Assembly (NCBI GenBank): GCA_963666285.1
Contig: OY762713.1
Length of the DNA stretch: 64,000 bases
Strand: one strand, 5' to 3'
DNA from: Sedimentisphaerales bacterium
GTDB taxonomy: Bacteria; Planctomycetota; Phycisphaerae; Sedimentisphaerales; SM23-30
The translations under genes were made by a program, and so were the position numbers. Positions 10,509 to 18,947 of this stretch are shown piece by piece. The notes beneath the pieces are model-generated. The model was not told the origin of the DNA. It worked only from the letters and a program-made list of their open reading frames with translations, and made no database searches. Position 1 is the first letter of the stretch; each line of letters begins with the position of its first letter.

Positions 10509-10604
10509 CACACACACAAGTGTGATAAATCTGTGTGATTAACCTGGCAGGGCCGAGATATTCAGTTATTACCTATCTGAACTTCTGGCCTTAGCCATAA
10601 ACAA

Positions 10605-10633
10605 GTTGTCTGCCGGTTTCCCTGGCAGGCAAC
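10605..10633 (+). terminator. GC-rich hairpin after capsid gene (terminator or processing site)
   Basis: GTTGTCTGCCGG-TTTCC-CTGGCAGGCAAC; related copy at 13570-13597; no U-tract. Confidence 0.45.
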
Positions 10634-10666
10634 ATTATTATCAACAACTAACATCGAGGTAAAACG

Positions 10667-11206
10667 ATGAATATAGTAAATATAACTCTTTTAGGCCGTA
10701 ATTGCAGTGTTATCAAACAGGCTGATATATCTATCGACCGTGATGGTGATACGTTTGCCAGCGGTATTGTAACGAATGTTGACAAGCCTACCGAAGATTT
10801 GGGTACAACTGTTAATATTTATGACCGGGAAGCTGGCGGTTTCAGTCAGTTTACTTACCTGAAGTTTGTCAAAGGCACGGTTGACGCTACTTTTATAGGC
10901 CAGATGTGCGGAACTGTCAGGGGCAAGGATTATGAAGTTACCCCGGACGGAGAAACTATTAATACGGGAGCTTTACCGGCAGTTGCGCTTGCGGCTATGG
11001 ATGATGGTAAGTTCGGCTGGTTCTGGACGGGCGGTATATGTCCGATTGGGCTTGTTCCCGGTCTCAGTGATAAGAATGTAACTGTAACTCTTTCTGTTGA
11101 CCCAGGCGACAGCATACAACTTCATGGTTTAACCAATGAAGTTGCCATAAGTAATGCTTCTATGACGGATAAGCCTGTAATCGGCTATGCCAAAGTAGAA
11201 TCTTAA
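10667..11206 (+). CDS. Putative capsid decoration/cement protein
   Basis: 179 aa after the capsid gene; VALAAMDDGKFGWFWTGG motif. Confidence 0.55.
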   Translation: MNIVNITLLGRNCSVIKQADISIDRDGDTFASGIVTNVDKPTEDLGTTVNIYDREAGGFSQFTYLKFVKGTVDATFIGQMCGTVRGKDYEVTPDGETINTGALPAVALAAMDDGKFGWFWTGGICPIGLVPGLSDKNVTVTLSVDPGDSIQLHGLTNEVAISNASMTDKPVIGYAKVES

Positions 11207-11269
11207 TTAACTCATCTTAATGTATAGGCGATGTTTTCGCCTTTTAATATAAATTCGGAGATTTTCAAA

Positions 11270-11941
11270 ATGATAAAACAAATCTTAACAGTTGGAAAGG
11301 AACTATGGGGCCGTATCATGGGTGGGCCGTTTATGGTAGTACGCCAGATACCGTTTGGTCGTGATGGTGAAGCTACAGACCCGGACCATACTGATATGAT
11401 GCAGGTTGATGCACCTCTGGCACTGGAACAGGTTTCTATTGTTGCTGGTAACGCACAAAAAGGCGGTCGATATGTCAATGAACATATCGAAGTTACCAGA
11501 AGTGGGGACCGCAACCATGTGATTTCAGCTAAACGCATACCACGTCCTATCTTCAAGTCTGCTGAAGCGGACGATGGCGATCATGTATCGGCATATAACT
11601 GGGATAAAGTACCGATTGGTATCTGTCCGGTAGATGCTCGTATTGGTCGTATAACAGTGTATCAGGAAACCGTATCAGGTGGTGCGCCGCTGATGAAAGT
11701 CGGTAATCTCGCTACCGCTGATGATTATATCGGCAGTGCTGATGCTATTAGCATTGCAGGCAATCTAACAGATAAGGTCTATCAGGATGGTACTGGTCCA
11801 CTGGTATCGGCAGGTGATTATCTGGTATTCGGTTCTTCTGGTGGTACTACTTCCAGCCCATCGCAATTAAAAGTTGAGATGGAACTTATACCGGAAGTTC
11901 CCGATCAGCAGGTCCAGTATGTAGCGTTTGGAGCGGTCTAA
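11270..11941 (+). CDS. Hypothetical virion protein
   Basis: Beta-rich ORF in structural block; start placed after GGAG. Confidence 0.55.
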   Translation: MIKQILTVGKELWGRIMGGPFMVVRQIPFGRDGEATDPDHTDMMQVDAPLALEQVSIVAGNAQKGGRYVNEHIEVTRSGDRNHVISAKRIPRPIFKSAEADDGDHVSAYNWDKVPIGICPVDARIGRITVYQETVSGGAPLMKVGNLATADDYIGSADAISIAGNLTDKVYQDGTGPLVSAGDYLVFGSSGGTTSSPSQLKVEMELIPEVPDQQVQYVAFGAV

Positions 11942-12597
11942 TGTTGACAGCAGGTGAAATAGTTCAGGATGTGCAGGTTGAATTAGGCCGTAAATATGAT
12001 ACTGCTGTTGTAACAGATGCCAGGTTACTACGGTTTATTGGCGCGGCCCAGCGTGCGATTATTGCCGCATATCCTACTCTGGACGGCTGTTCTAAGGTTG
12101 ATAAGACTTCGTTTAGTACTGTCGCCGATCAGTATGAGTATGATTTTTCAGCGGTCGATGGTGGTTTGGGCAAGATAATATCCCTTAAATATATGGATAA
12201 TCAATCTCCCAGGACACTATCACCGTTTCCCGGTGGTGCTGTTATGCTGGATAACCGTATTCCCAATATTGCAGATTATGGCAGCAGCATACCAGAATTT
12301 TATGCCCGCCGTGACAAAACTATTATTCTGTTCCCGCAACCTCAGACAAGTGATATACCGCTGCATGTATGGTATAGCATTAAACCGACTGACCCGTCGG
12401 TAGGTGATGATCTTATCTTACAGGACTTCTATCTGGCAATAACCCAGATTGCAGCGGGCTATGCCTTGCGTCTGGAAGTTAATGAGAAGCCGCAATTGTC
12501 TGGTATCAGTGAACTGTATATCGAACAGGGTATGTCCCTTGCCGCTGAAGTTGCATCTCAACAAGATGAATATGATGTTGAACTTAGTTTCTTGTAA
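11941..12597 (+). CDS. Head-tail adaptor protein
   Basis: N-terminal helices, TVADQYEYD, PEFYA...IILFPQP...LHVWY pattern of podoviral adaptors. Confidence 0.65.
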   Translation: MLTAGEIVQDVQVELGRKYDTAVVTDARLLRFIGAAQRAIIAAYPTLDGCSKVDKTSFSTVADQYEYDFSAVDGGLGKIISLKYMDNQSPRTLSPFPGGAVMLDNRIPNIADYGSSIPEFYARRDKTIILFPQPQTSDIPLHVWYSIKPTDPSVGDDLILQDFYLAITQIAAGYALRLEVNEKPQLSGISELYIEQGMSLAAEVASQQDEYDVELSFL

Positions 12598-12614
12598 ATG
12601 AAAGGGGGCCGTAA

Positions 12615-12821
12615 ATGGCTGAACCCGTAAATAAAAACACAATGATAAGTGTGCCGTTGATAGCAGTGTTGATTGTTGTACTGGGCTGGTTCTTTAAGGT
12701 GACAACTGAGAATCAGAAGTCCATATCGGAAAATCAAAAGGCAATAGCAGTTATTGCCGCCCAGTTTCAAATGTACTGTCAGACTACAGGCACTCAATTT
12801 ATTCAGAAAGAAGGTAAATAA
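12615..12821 (+). CDS. Small single-pass membrane protein (holin/spanin-like)
   Basis: Hydrophobic stretch VPLIAVLIVVLGWFF followed by a short coiled coil. Confidence 0.5.
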   Translation: MAEPVNKNTMISVPLIAVLIVVLGWFFKVTTENQKSISENQKAIAVIAAQFQMYCQTTGTQFIQKEGK

Positions 12822-12822
12822 T

Positions 12823-13548
12823 ATGTATAAAAGTAAATTTAATGGAATCGTTTTATGTCTGGCAGTGCTAATACTGCCTCTATGCCTTACTGGTTGCAGT
12901 AATTATCAGGGCCAGACAGGTAAGGATGTTGTCAATTATACCGAAAAGCTTAACGAAACAGTTGAATCCTTGCAGGATTCTGTTGTTCCGCTTCTCCAAA
13001 GTCTAAATCAGCAGGGCCTGGTAGATGATAACACTGTTGCTAAAGTTACAAAGGTCTCTAGTGAGATTGATACCGTTCAGGATGATATTAAGACTGTTAC
13101 CGATGGTATGGTCGATGCTCAATATGATGATGGTACGGTAGGCTTACTTGCTACGGCGAGGGGAATTAACCGGCTGACATCTGCCTTTAATCCTTTCTCC
13201 GGTACGATAGACGCTGTTCTGCTGGCAATGACGGGTATTGCAACGGTTGTTGCCGGTCGCAAAAGCAAGCAGGTCAAGACCATTGCAAAAGAAAAAGAGC
13301 ATATCGAGTATGAAAGGTGGTCCACTCAAAGCGAGCTTGAAATGACAGAACAGTCGTTGAGTAGTGCCGAGACCGAACTTCAAGAAACCCAAACGGCCCT
13401 GAAAGAGACCATACAAGGTGTCCAGAAGGCTAAAGAGGTTATGGTTGATGATGTCGGCTCATTAGTGGTGTTGAAAAATTCTCTGCGTGAGAAACAGAAA
13501 ACACCGGCAACGGCGGCTACTATCGCTAAGATCAAGGCCACTCTGTAA
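12823..13548 (+). CDS. Lipoprotein with internal hydrophobic segment and coiled-coil tail (possible lysis function)
   Basis: Lipobox LTGC after signal peptide; AVLLAMTGIATVVAG segment. Confidence 0.55.
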   Translation: MYKSKFNGIVLCLAVLILPLCLTGCSNYQGQTGKDVVNYTEKLNETVESLQDSVVPLLQSLNQQGLVDDNTVAKVTKVSSEIDTVQDDIKTVTDGMVDAQYDDGTVGLLATARGINRLTSAFNPFSGTIDAVLLAMTGIATVVAGRKSKQVKTIAKEKEHIEYERWSTQSELEMTEQSLSSAETELQETQTALKETIQGVQKAKEVMVDDVGSLVVLKNSLREKQKTPATAATIAKIKATL

Positions 13549-13569
13549 AGAATTTGGTTGGATTGTTAT

Positions 13570-13597
13570 CTGTCCTGCCGGTTTCCCGGCAGGACAG
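13570..13597 (+). terminator. GC-rich hairpin after lipoprotein gene
   Basis: CTGTCCTGCCGG-TTTC-CCGGCAGGACAG perfect 12-bp stem; no U-tract. Confidence 0.5.
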
Positions 13598-13625
13598 AGT
13601 ATTTGAAGTATGAAAGGATTTGGTT

Positions 13626-13937
13626 ATGGACATTTCCCCGGAATTACAGCAGTTTATCAATACGGTAGCGGACCAGTATAAACCTGACAGAATTATACTG
13701 TTCGGCTCTTATGTCAAGGGCGGTTATGGTCCTGACTCTGATATTGATATTATCGTTGTTATGCCAACAAATAAAAATGGTAAGCAGGCAGCCGCTGAAA
13801 TAATGGAGCAAATATCACCAGAGATAAATATCAGTTTACGGGTATTTTCCCTGGCTGAGTTTGCTGAAAGGAAGCGTCTATACTGTCCGCTGATAACAGA
13901 TGCAGTTAATGAGGGGGTAATAGTCTATGAGAGATAA
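13626..13937 (+). CDS. Minimal nucleotidyltransferase (MNT, Pol-beta superfamily)
   Basis: IILFGSYVKGGYGPDSDIDIIVV signature; C-terminal EGVIVYE. Confidence 0.85.
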   Translation: MDISPELQQFINTVADQYKPDRIILFGSYVKGGYGPDSDIDIIVVMPTNKNGKQAAAEIMEQISPEINISLRVFSLAEFAERKRLYCPLITDAVNEGVIVYER

Positions 13938-14832
13938 TTATTTCCAAATATCAAATTTTGGAGAGTTACAGCAGTTTCGTGATCTGGTCAATGATGGCGG
14001 TATAACAGGCTTTTCCGGTGGTGAGTTGACCTCAGATATTATTTTCAACGAACAGGCCAGCAGGTTATACGATGAGCCTGACTGGATTCCGATAGGCAAT
14101 TCAAAAGATAACGGCTATTATAATTTAGATGGATTTTATGGTAATGGTCATATTATCAGAGGGCTTAAAAGCGGTTATGGTTTGTTTTATCGGTTAAAGG
14201 GCCAGATGACAATAGCAGAGTTAGGTCTGGAAGATTGTTATATTAATCCAAATAATGTGGTAGGGGCCGGGGCATTGGCGGCACATTGTTCAATGGCAGA
14301 TTATGGTGATATTCTGATCGCCCGCTGTTATGCTGATGGGATAATTGACGGCGGTACACCCGGCACTGTTGGAGGGCTGGTAGGTGAAGGTGATTTGGCT
14401 GATTTTTGCGACTGCTATTCAACCGTAGAAATTACTGGATATTATGGCAGCTCTGGTGGTATTGTTGGTGTGGCAGGCTGTGATGAAGGCTCGATAGTTA
14501 GATGTGTGGTTAATGCCGATTTGTGGGGAGATACTCTTCCGATACTCGGCTATTGGGATATTGAGGGCCAGAGTGGGCCGTTTTATGGTTGTGTCTATAA
14601 TTCTGAACGTGTTAAATCAGATTCACATAATTATCCAGAATTTTACTTTTCGCAGGGTATAGCCAGGTTTCCTTCACGGATGTTGAGAGATAGGAGCCGG
14701 TATAGTTTTGATTTCGATAATGTCTGGTATATGGATTATGAGTCCGGGATGCCTAAGTTAAGGTGTTTTTTGAAAGATGGAAGATTGCAGATACATGACC
14801 GTTTTGACTCTTGTTTGAGGAGTAGGTTGTAA
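13927..14832 (+). CDS. GLUG-repeat-like protein
   Basis: WIPIG...FYGNGHIIRGL...GLF, VGGLVG and GGIVG repeats, FDFDNVW...GMPKL. Confidence 0.7.
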   Translation: MRDNYFQISNFGELQQFRDLVNDGGITGFSGGELTSDIIFNEQASRLYDEPDWIPIGNSKDNGYYNLDGFYGNGHIIRGLKSGYGLFYRLKGQMTIAELGLEDCYINPNNVVGAGALAAHCSMADYGDILIARCYADGIIDGGTPGTVGGLVGEGDLADFCDCYSTVEITGYYGSSGGIVGVAGCDEGSIVRCVVNADLWGDTLPILGYWDIEGQSGPFYGCVYNSERVKSDSHNYPEFYFSQGIARFPSRMLRDRSRYSFDFDNVWYMDYESGMPKLRCFLKDGRLQIHDRFDSCLRSRL

Positions 14833-14833
14833 G

Positions 14834-16381
14834 ATGGCCGCTGCAATTAATATATTAGGACTGGTTGGCGGTGTGAATTTCGGTAAGCCAAGAGATCAGC
14901 TATCATCAATTGAAATGGCGACTGGCCAGAACTGGATAGTTGGTTCTGACGGGGTATTAGCTCGCAGACATGGTTATACCGCCGAAAGTGTATCAGGGCG
15001 TATCGCAGCGGTTGATACGCTGATAGACCGTAAATCAGGTGGTCAGGCTGATATAGCTATTGCCGCTGCTGATAACCGGCGTATTATTTCAGAACAGATA
15101 ACAGCCAGTGACTATAGCAGGTATTATCTGTATCAGACAACCGCACATGATCGAGAGATAACTTCTTCTGAAATCGATGATACAATACAGTTTTTGCAGG
15201 TTGATTCAGATAATGAACTGTCAGCCCCGCAACCGCTTACCGGGGCATTAGGCTATAACTTCGCTTATTATAATTCTAATAGCGTATATCCTTATTCGCT
15301 GGAAGATGGTATTTTCGATGCCGATCATTACTCCGCAGCATTGGCAAGTCCGCAAAATAGGCATAGAGCTAAGTGTATGTGTGTTTTTGATGGTCGGGTG
15401 TTCCTGGGCGGTACTTATGAAATGACCTCGGCAGGGCAGTGGACTTCACTGCCTTATCGTCTCAGATGGTCGCAGCGTCGCAGTTTTACCAGCCCAGATG
15501 ATTGGAATGATGCGGACTTTAATAGCTCTGCCGGGTATGACCACACAATAGCAGATTCCAGTATTATAATGAATATGGCGGTTTTGGGTGATACCTTATA
15601 TGTGTATTGCGATAATGGTATTCGTGCTGGTTATGCCACTCAGAGCGTTACTTCTCCTATCCGTTTTATAGATGTCAATGGTCGTGGTCTTTTTGCCGCA
15701 AATGCTGTTGCTGTTACCGATACGGCCCATTTCTATTTGGGAGCTGATAACAGGGTGTATGTCAATAGAGGTGGGGTAGAACCTGATTGGATTGGAAAAC
15801 CGATAGAGTCTGAACTATTCGGGACTGTTAACGTCCCATATAAAGAGCGAATAATTGCAGGTGAAATAAGGGAACTGGATGCTATTTACTTTGCAGTGCC
15901 AACCGGTTCCGATCAGTGGCCCAGGACAATGTTTGTATATTTCTATCGAACTGGTATATGGCAGATGTGGAAGCCGGGCAATTATCTATGTTGCAGCGAC
16001 CGGCAGGGCCGTCAATTTGGCTCTCTTAATTATGTACTTACCTTTAATAGTGATGCAAACAGTGATATAGGAGAGTTTATCGATGCCTGGGCCGTGACCG
16101 GCGATTATATTCTGGACCTTTCTACTACACAAAGAGTCAGGAAGATGTATTTTGAGGCGTGGTCTGACGGCAATATGCAGTTATATGTTGGCTGGTCGGC
16201 TTGCGATGCTGAAAAGCCAGGTGATTTTAATGATATTACTCCTGTCTTTATTTCCGAAGGCTGGAATCGTTATGAGCTTAATCTTGATACCGGCCATCAA
16301 TACAAGCTTCGGTTTATGTTCCAGTGCAAAACATATAACGGTCAGATTAAAATAGGTCGTATCTGGATGGAGATAACTTGA
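14834..16381 (+). CDS. Tail nozzle / packaged-DNA stabilisation protein
   Basis: 515-aa beta-propeller-like ORF (FDGRVFLGG, RLRWS, IGKPIE) in tail block. Confidence 0.6.
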   Translation: MAAAINILGLVGGVNFGKPRDQLSSIEMATGQNWIVGSDGVLARRHGYTAESVSGRIAAVDTLIDRKSGGQADIAIAAADNRRIISEQITASDYSRYYLYQTTAHDREITSSEIDDTIQFLQVDSDNELSAPQPLTGALGYNFAYYNSNSVYPYSLEDGIFDADHYSAALASPQNRHRAKCMCVFDGRVFLGGTYEMTSAGQWTSLPYRLRWSQRRSFTSPDDWNDADFNSSAGYDHTIADSSIIMNMAVLGDTLYVYCDNGIRAGYATQSVTSPIRFIDVNGRGLFAANAVAVTDTAHFYLGADNRVYVNRGGVEPDWIGKPIESELFGTVNVPYKERIIAGEIRELDAIYFAVPTGSDQWPRTMFVYFYRTGIWQMWKPGNYLCCSDRQGRQFGSLNYVLTFNSDANSDIGEFIDAWAVTGDYILDLSTTQRVRKMYFEAWSDGNMQLYVGWSACDAEKPGDFNDITPVFISEGWNRYELNLDTGHQYKLRFMFQCKTYNGQIKIGRIWMEIT

Positions 16382-16382
16382 T

Positions 16383-16547
16383 GTGGCAACTGAATATCCG
16401 TGTAAATACTGTGGTAAATACGGCTGGTGGTCGAGAATTGACCGCTTAACAGGTGAATTATATTACGAATGTTATGATTGCAAGGAAAAGTATAAGAGGA
16501 TAGACCCCAGACTTGGTAGCTTTAACCGACAAAGGAATAAAGATTAA
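16383..16547 (+). CDS. 54-aa zinc-ribbon protein (not in ORF track)
   Basis: GTG start after GGAG; hand translation MATEYPCKYCGKYGWWSRIDRLTGELYYECYDCKEKYKRIDPRLGSFNRQRNKD. Confidence 0.55.
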   Translation: MATEYPCKYCGKYGWWSRIDRLTGELYYECYDCKEKYKRIDPRLGSFNRQRNKD

Positions 16548-18369
16548 TCCAGAGGCGATTGAAGAAATAGCAGCAGATGCTACCGCCGCAGCGCGGCTGG
16601 AAGAACTGCTGTTGTCAGAACCGGCTAACTGGATACCTGTACATTGCCTTATCACTGATAAAGAGGGCAAACAGATACCATTACGTTTGAACAAGGCCCA
16701 GATTATCGTTCAAAAGGTAAAACACAGGCTCCGGTCGGCTGGTCTGCCAGTAAAAATGATTATCCTCAAAGCCCGGCAGATGGGTATAACAACCGAAGCG
16801 TCTGCCGATTCATTTTGTGATATAAATACCAAAGCCAATCGCCGGGCGATGATCGTAGCACACAAACAGGAAAGTTCTGTCGATATTTTCCGGCGTGTTC
16901 GTCAGATGCAGGATGCCAACCCGTATCGCAGGGGGGAGAAGTATAATAACCGCAGGGAAATCGAATATCAAAGCCCGCATAATTCACTTATCGCTGTCCA
17001 GACGGCAGGTAATCCAGAGTTAGGTCGTGGAAGTACCAACCACTATATACATGGCTCTGAGGTGGCTTTCTGGCCTTTTGCCGGTGAATGTCTTAATGCC
17101 GTTATGCAGTCTGTACCTGATGCTAATATGACACCTGATACATGCGTGGTCCTGGAAAGTACGGCAAATGGTCTTGGCGGCACGTTTTATGATATGTGGT
17201 GTTCTGCAACGAGTTTTGACCCGGATAATAAGTTTGTGACCCTTCCTAAAGGTGAAACTGACTGGGTTGCGGTGTTTTTACCCTGGCATGTTTTTGAGGA
17301 TTATAAATCGCCGGTCCCGGTTGATTTTAAGCGTACTAACTATGAACATTCGGTATATGGCAATGAACAGGAACTGGCAGAATTATATGATCTGACAGAT
17401 GAACAACTGCAATGGCGCAGAGAGACTATTACCGGCAAATGCCAGAGCGATTTGGATAAGTTCAGGCAGGAATACCCATCTTGTGATAATGAAGCGTTCC
17501 TTGTTTCCGGCAGGCCGGTATTTAATGCCGGTATCTTGCAGCAAATGCACAAGCGTTGTAAAGCAGTCTTGAAAAAAGGTCAGTTTACAGACTCTACAAT
17601 AACTAATGGTGTAAGGCTGCCTAATACTGCCCATGATATTATATTGGATGAACAGCCGGAAAATCCATATCCCTGGCTGAAAATATGGGAGCTGCCCTTA
17701 ATAGGTATTGAATATGTGATAGGAGCTGACACTTCCGAGGGACTCGACCCAACCGAGACCAAAGACCCTGATAGTCATTCGGCTACCGTATTGCGAGCTG
17801 ACACTCGTGAGATGGTTGCAAAGTTAGAAGGGCGGTTTGATCCTGATCTATACGCCTGCCAGTTGGATATGCTTGGCAGATTCTATAATAATGCACTTTT
17901 AGGCTTTGAAGTTAATAATACTTCCGGCGGTGCGGTAAGGTCTGGTTTACTTCGATTGGAATATCCTAATTTATATACCCGTGAAATATATGATACCGAG
18001 ACAGATAAGCCTACTAAAAAGGTCGGCTGGTGTACTGACAAGATCAGTCGTGCCATGATGGTGTCAGATGGTCAGCATTGGATAAGGGAATATATGGTCA
18101 AAATAAATTGCTGGCAGACTATATCACAGGCCGCCGCCTGGCGTTTCGATAAGAACGGCAAGCCTACACACCCGGACGGCGAACATGACGACGATGTAAT
18201 AAGCCTTTTAATTGCTATCCAGATGTTAATCCATATAGCCGCCCATCGAGGAACTATAGCTGCTACTACTACCGAGGAGAACAGTTTTTCTCCTGATATG
18301 GTCATTGGTGGTTGTGAGGGCCGCTGGCATCCTGCGGACTATTATGAAGATGATGAGGATGATTACTAA
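16513..18369 (+). CDS. terL: Terminase large subunit
   Basis: ILKARQMGITT (Walker A region), IHGSEVAFW (Walker B), ESTANG, YVIGADTSEG and HDDDVIS nuclease motifs. Confidence 0.92.
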   Translation: MVALTDKGIKINPEAIEEIAADATAAARLEELLLSEPANWIPVHCLITDKEGKQIPLRLNKAQIIVQKVKHRLRSAGLPVKMIILKARQMGITTEASADSFCDINTKANRRAMIVAHKQESSVDIFRRVRQMQDANPYRRGEKYNNRREIEYQSPHNSLIAVQTAGNPELGRGSTNHYIHGSEVAFWPFAGECLNAVMQSVPDANMTPDTCVVLESTANGLGGTFYDMWCSATSFDPDNKFVTLPKGETDWVAVFLPWHVFEDYKSPVPVDFKRTNYEHSVYGNEQELAELYDLTDEQLQWRRETITGKCQSDLDKFRQEYPSCDNEAFLVSGRPVFNAGILQQMHKRCKAVLKKGQFTDSTITNGVRLPNTAHDIILDEQPENPYPWLKIWELPLIGIEYVIGADTSEGLDPTETKDPDSHSATVLRADTREMVAKLEGRFDPDLYACQLDMLGRFYNNALLGFEVNNTSGGAVRSGLLRLEYPNLYTREIYDTETDKPTKKVGWCTDKISRAMMVSDGQHWIREYMVKINCWQTISQAAAWRFDKNGKPTHPDGEHDDDVISLLIAIQMLIHIAAHRGTIAATTTEENSFSPDMVIGGCEGRWHPADYYEDDEDDY

Positions 18370-18947
18370 TGGCCAAGAAGAAGGTAACAATTAGAAAGCA
18401 GGTTGAGCCGGTCGCGAAAGAGAAATATTGCGATAAGGTTATGCCTGCCCAGGCTACCAAGTATCTGAAACTCGGCTGGTCGGTTAAAGATGCTTGTGGT
18501 GCTATGGGAATCTCATATCGGTCATGGGCCCGCTGGAAGAAGGAAAAGCCTGAATTTAGGCAGGCCGTGCTGAAGGGTGAACGTGAGTTTGCTACCGAGA
18601 AGATCGAGCGAAAGCTTATTAACCGCTGTTTGGGTTATGATTATGAAGAAGAGCATTGCGAAACAACCGAAGACCAGGTAGTTACAAAGACCGGAGAAGT
18701 GGTAGATATAACCAAGACCAAAACAGTTGTCAAGAAAATGCACAGTCCGCCAGATGTAGGGGCAATGCGGCTGTATCTGCAATCAAGATTACCAGAAATA
18801 TATGGCAATAAGGTTGATATTACCAGCGGTGGTAAACAACTTATTCGTGAGGATATTATCGATCTGTCACCGGCTGAAAGAGCTAAACGGTTAAGAGAGA
18901 TGCTGGAAATGTCAGCAATTATTAGCGGGGAGGGTTCGACTGAATAA
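18369..18947 (+). CDS. terS: Terminase small subunit
   Basis: N-terminal HTH, WKKEKPEF, LINRCLGYDYEE, PPDVGAMRLYL, KVDITSGGK. Confidence 0.75.
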   Translation: MAKKKVTIRKQVEPVAKEKYCDKVMPAQATKYLKLGWSVKDACGAMGISYRSWARWKKEKPEFRQAVLKGEREFATEKIERKLINRCLGYDYEEEHCETTEDQVVTKTGEVVDITKTKTVVKKMHSPPDVGAMRLYLQSRLPEIYGNKVDITSGGKQLIREDIIDLSPAERAKRLREMLEMSAIISGEGSTE

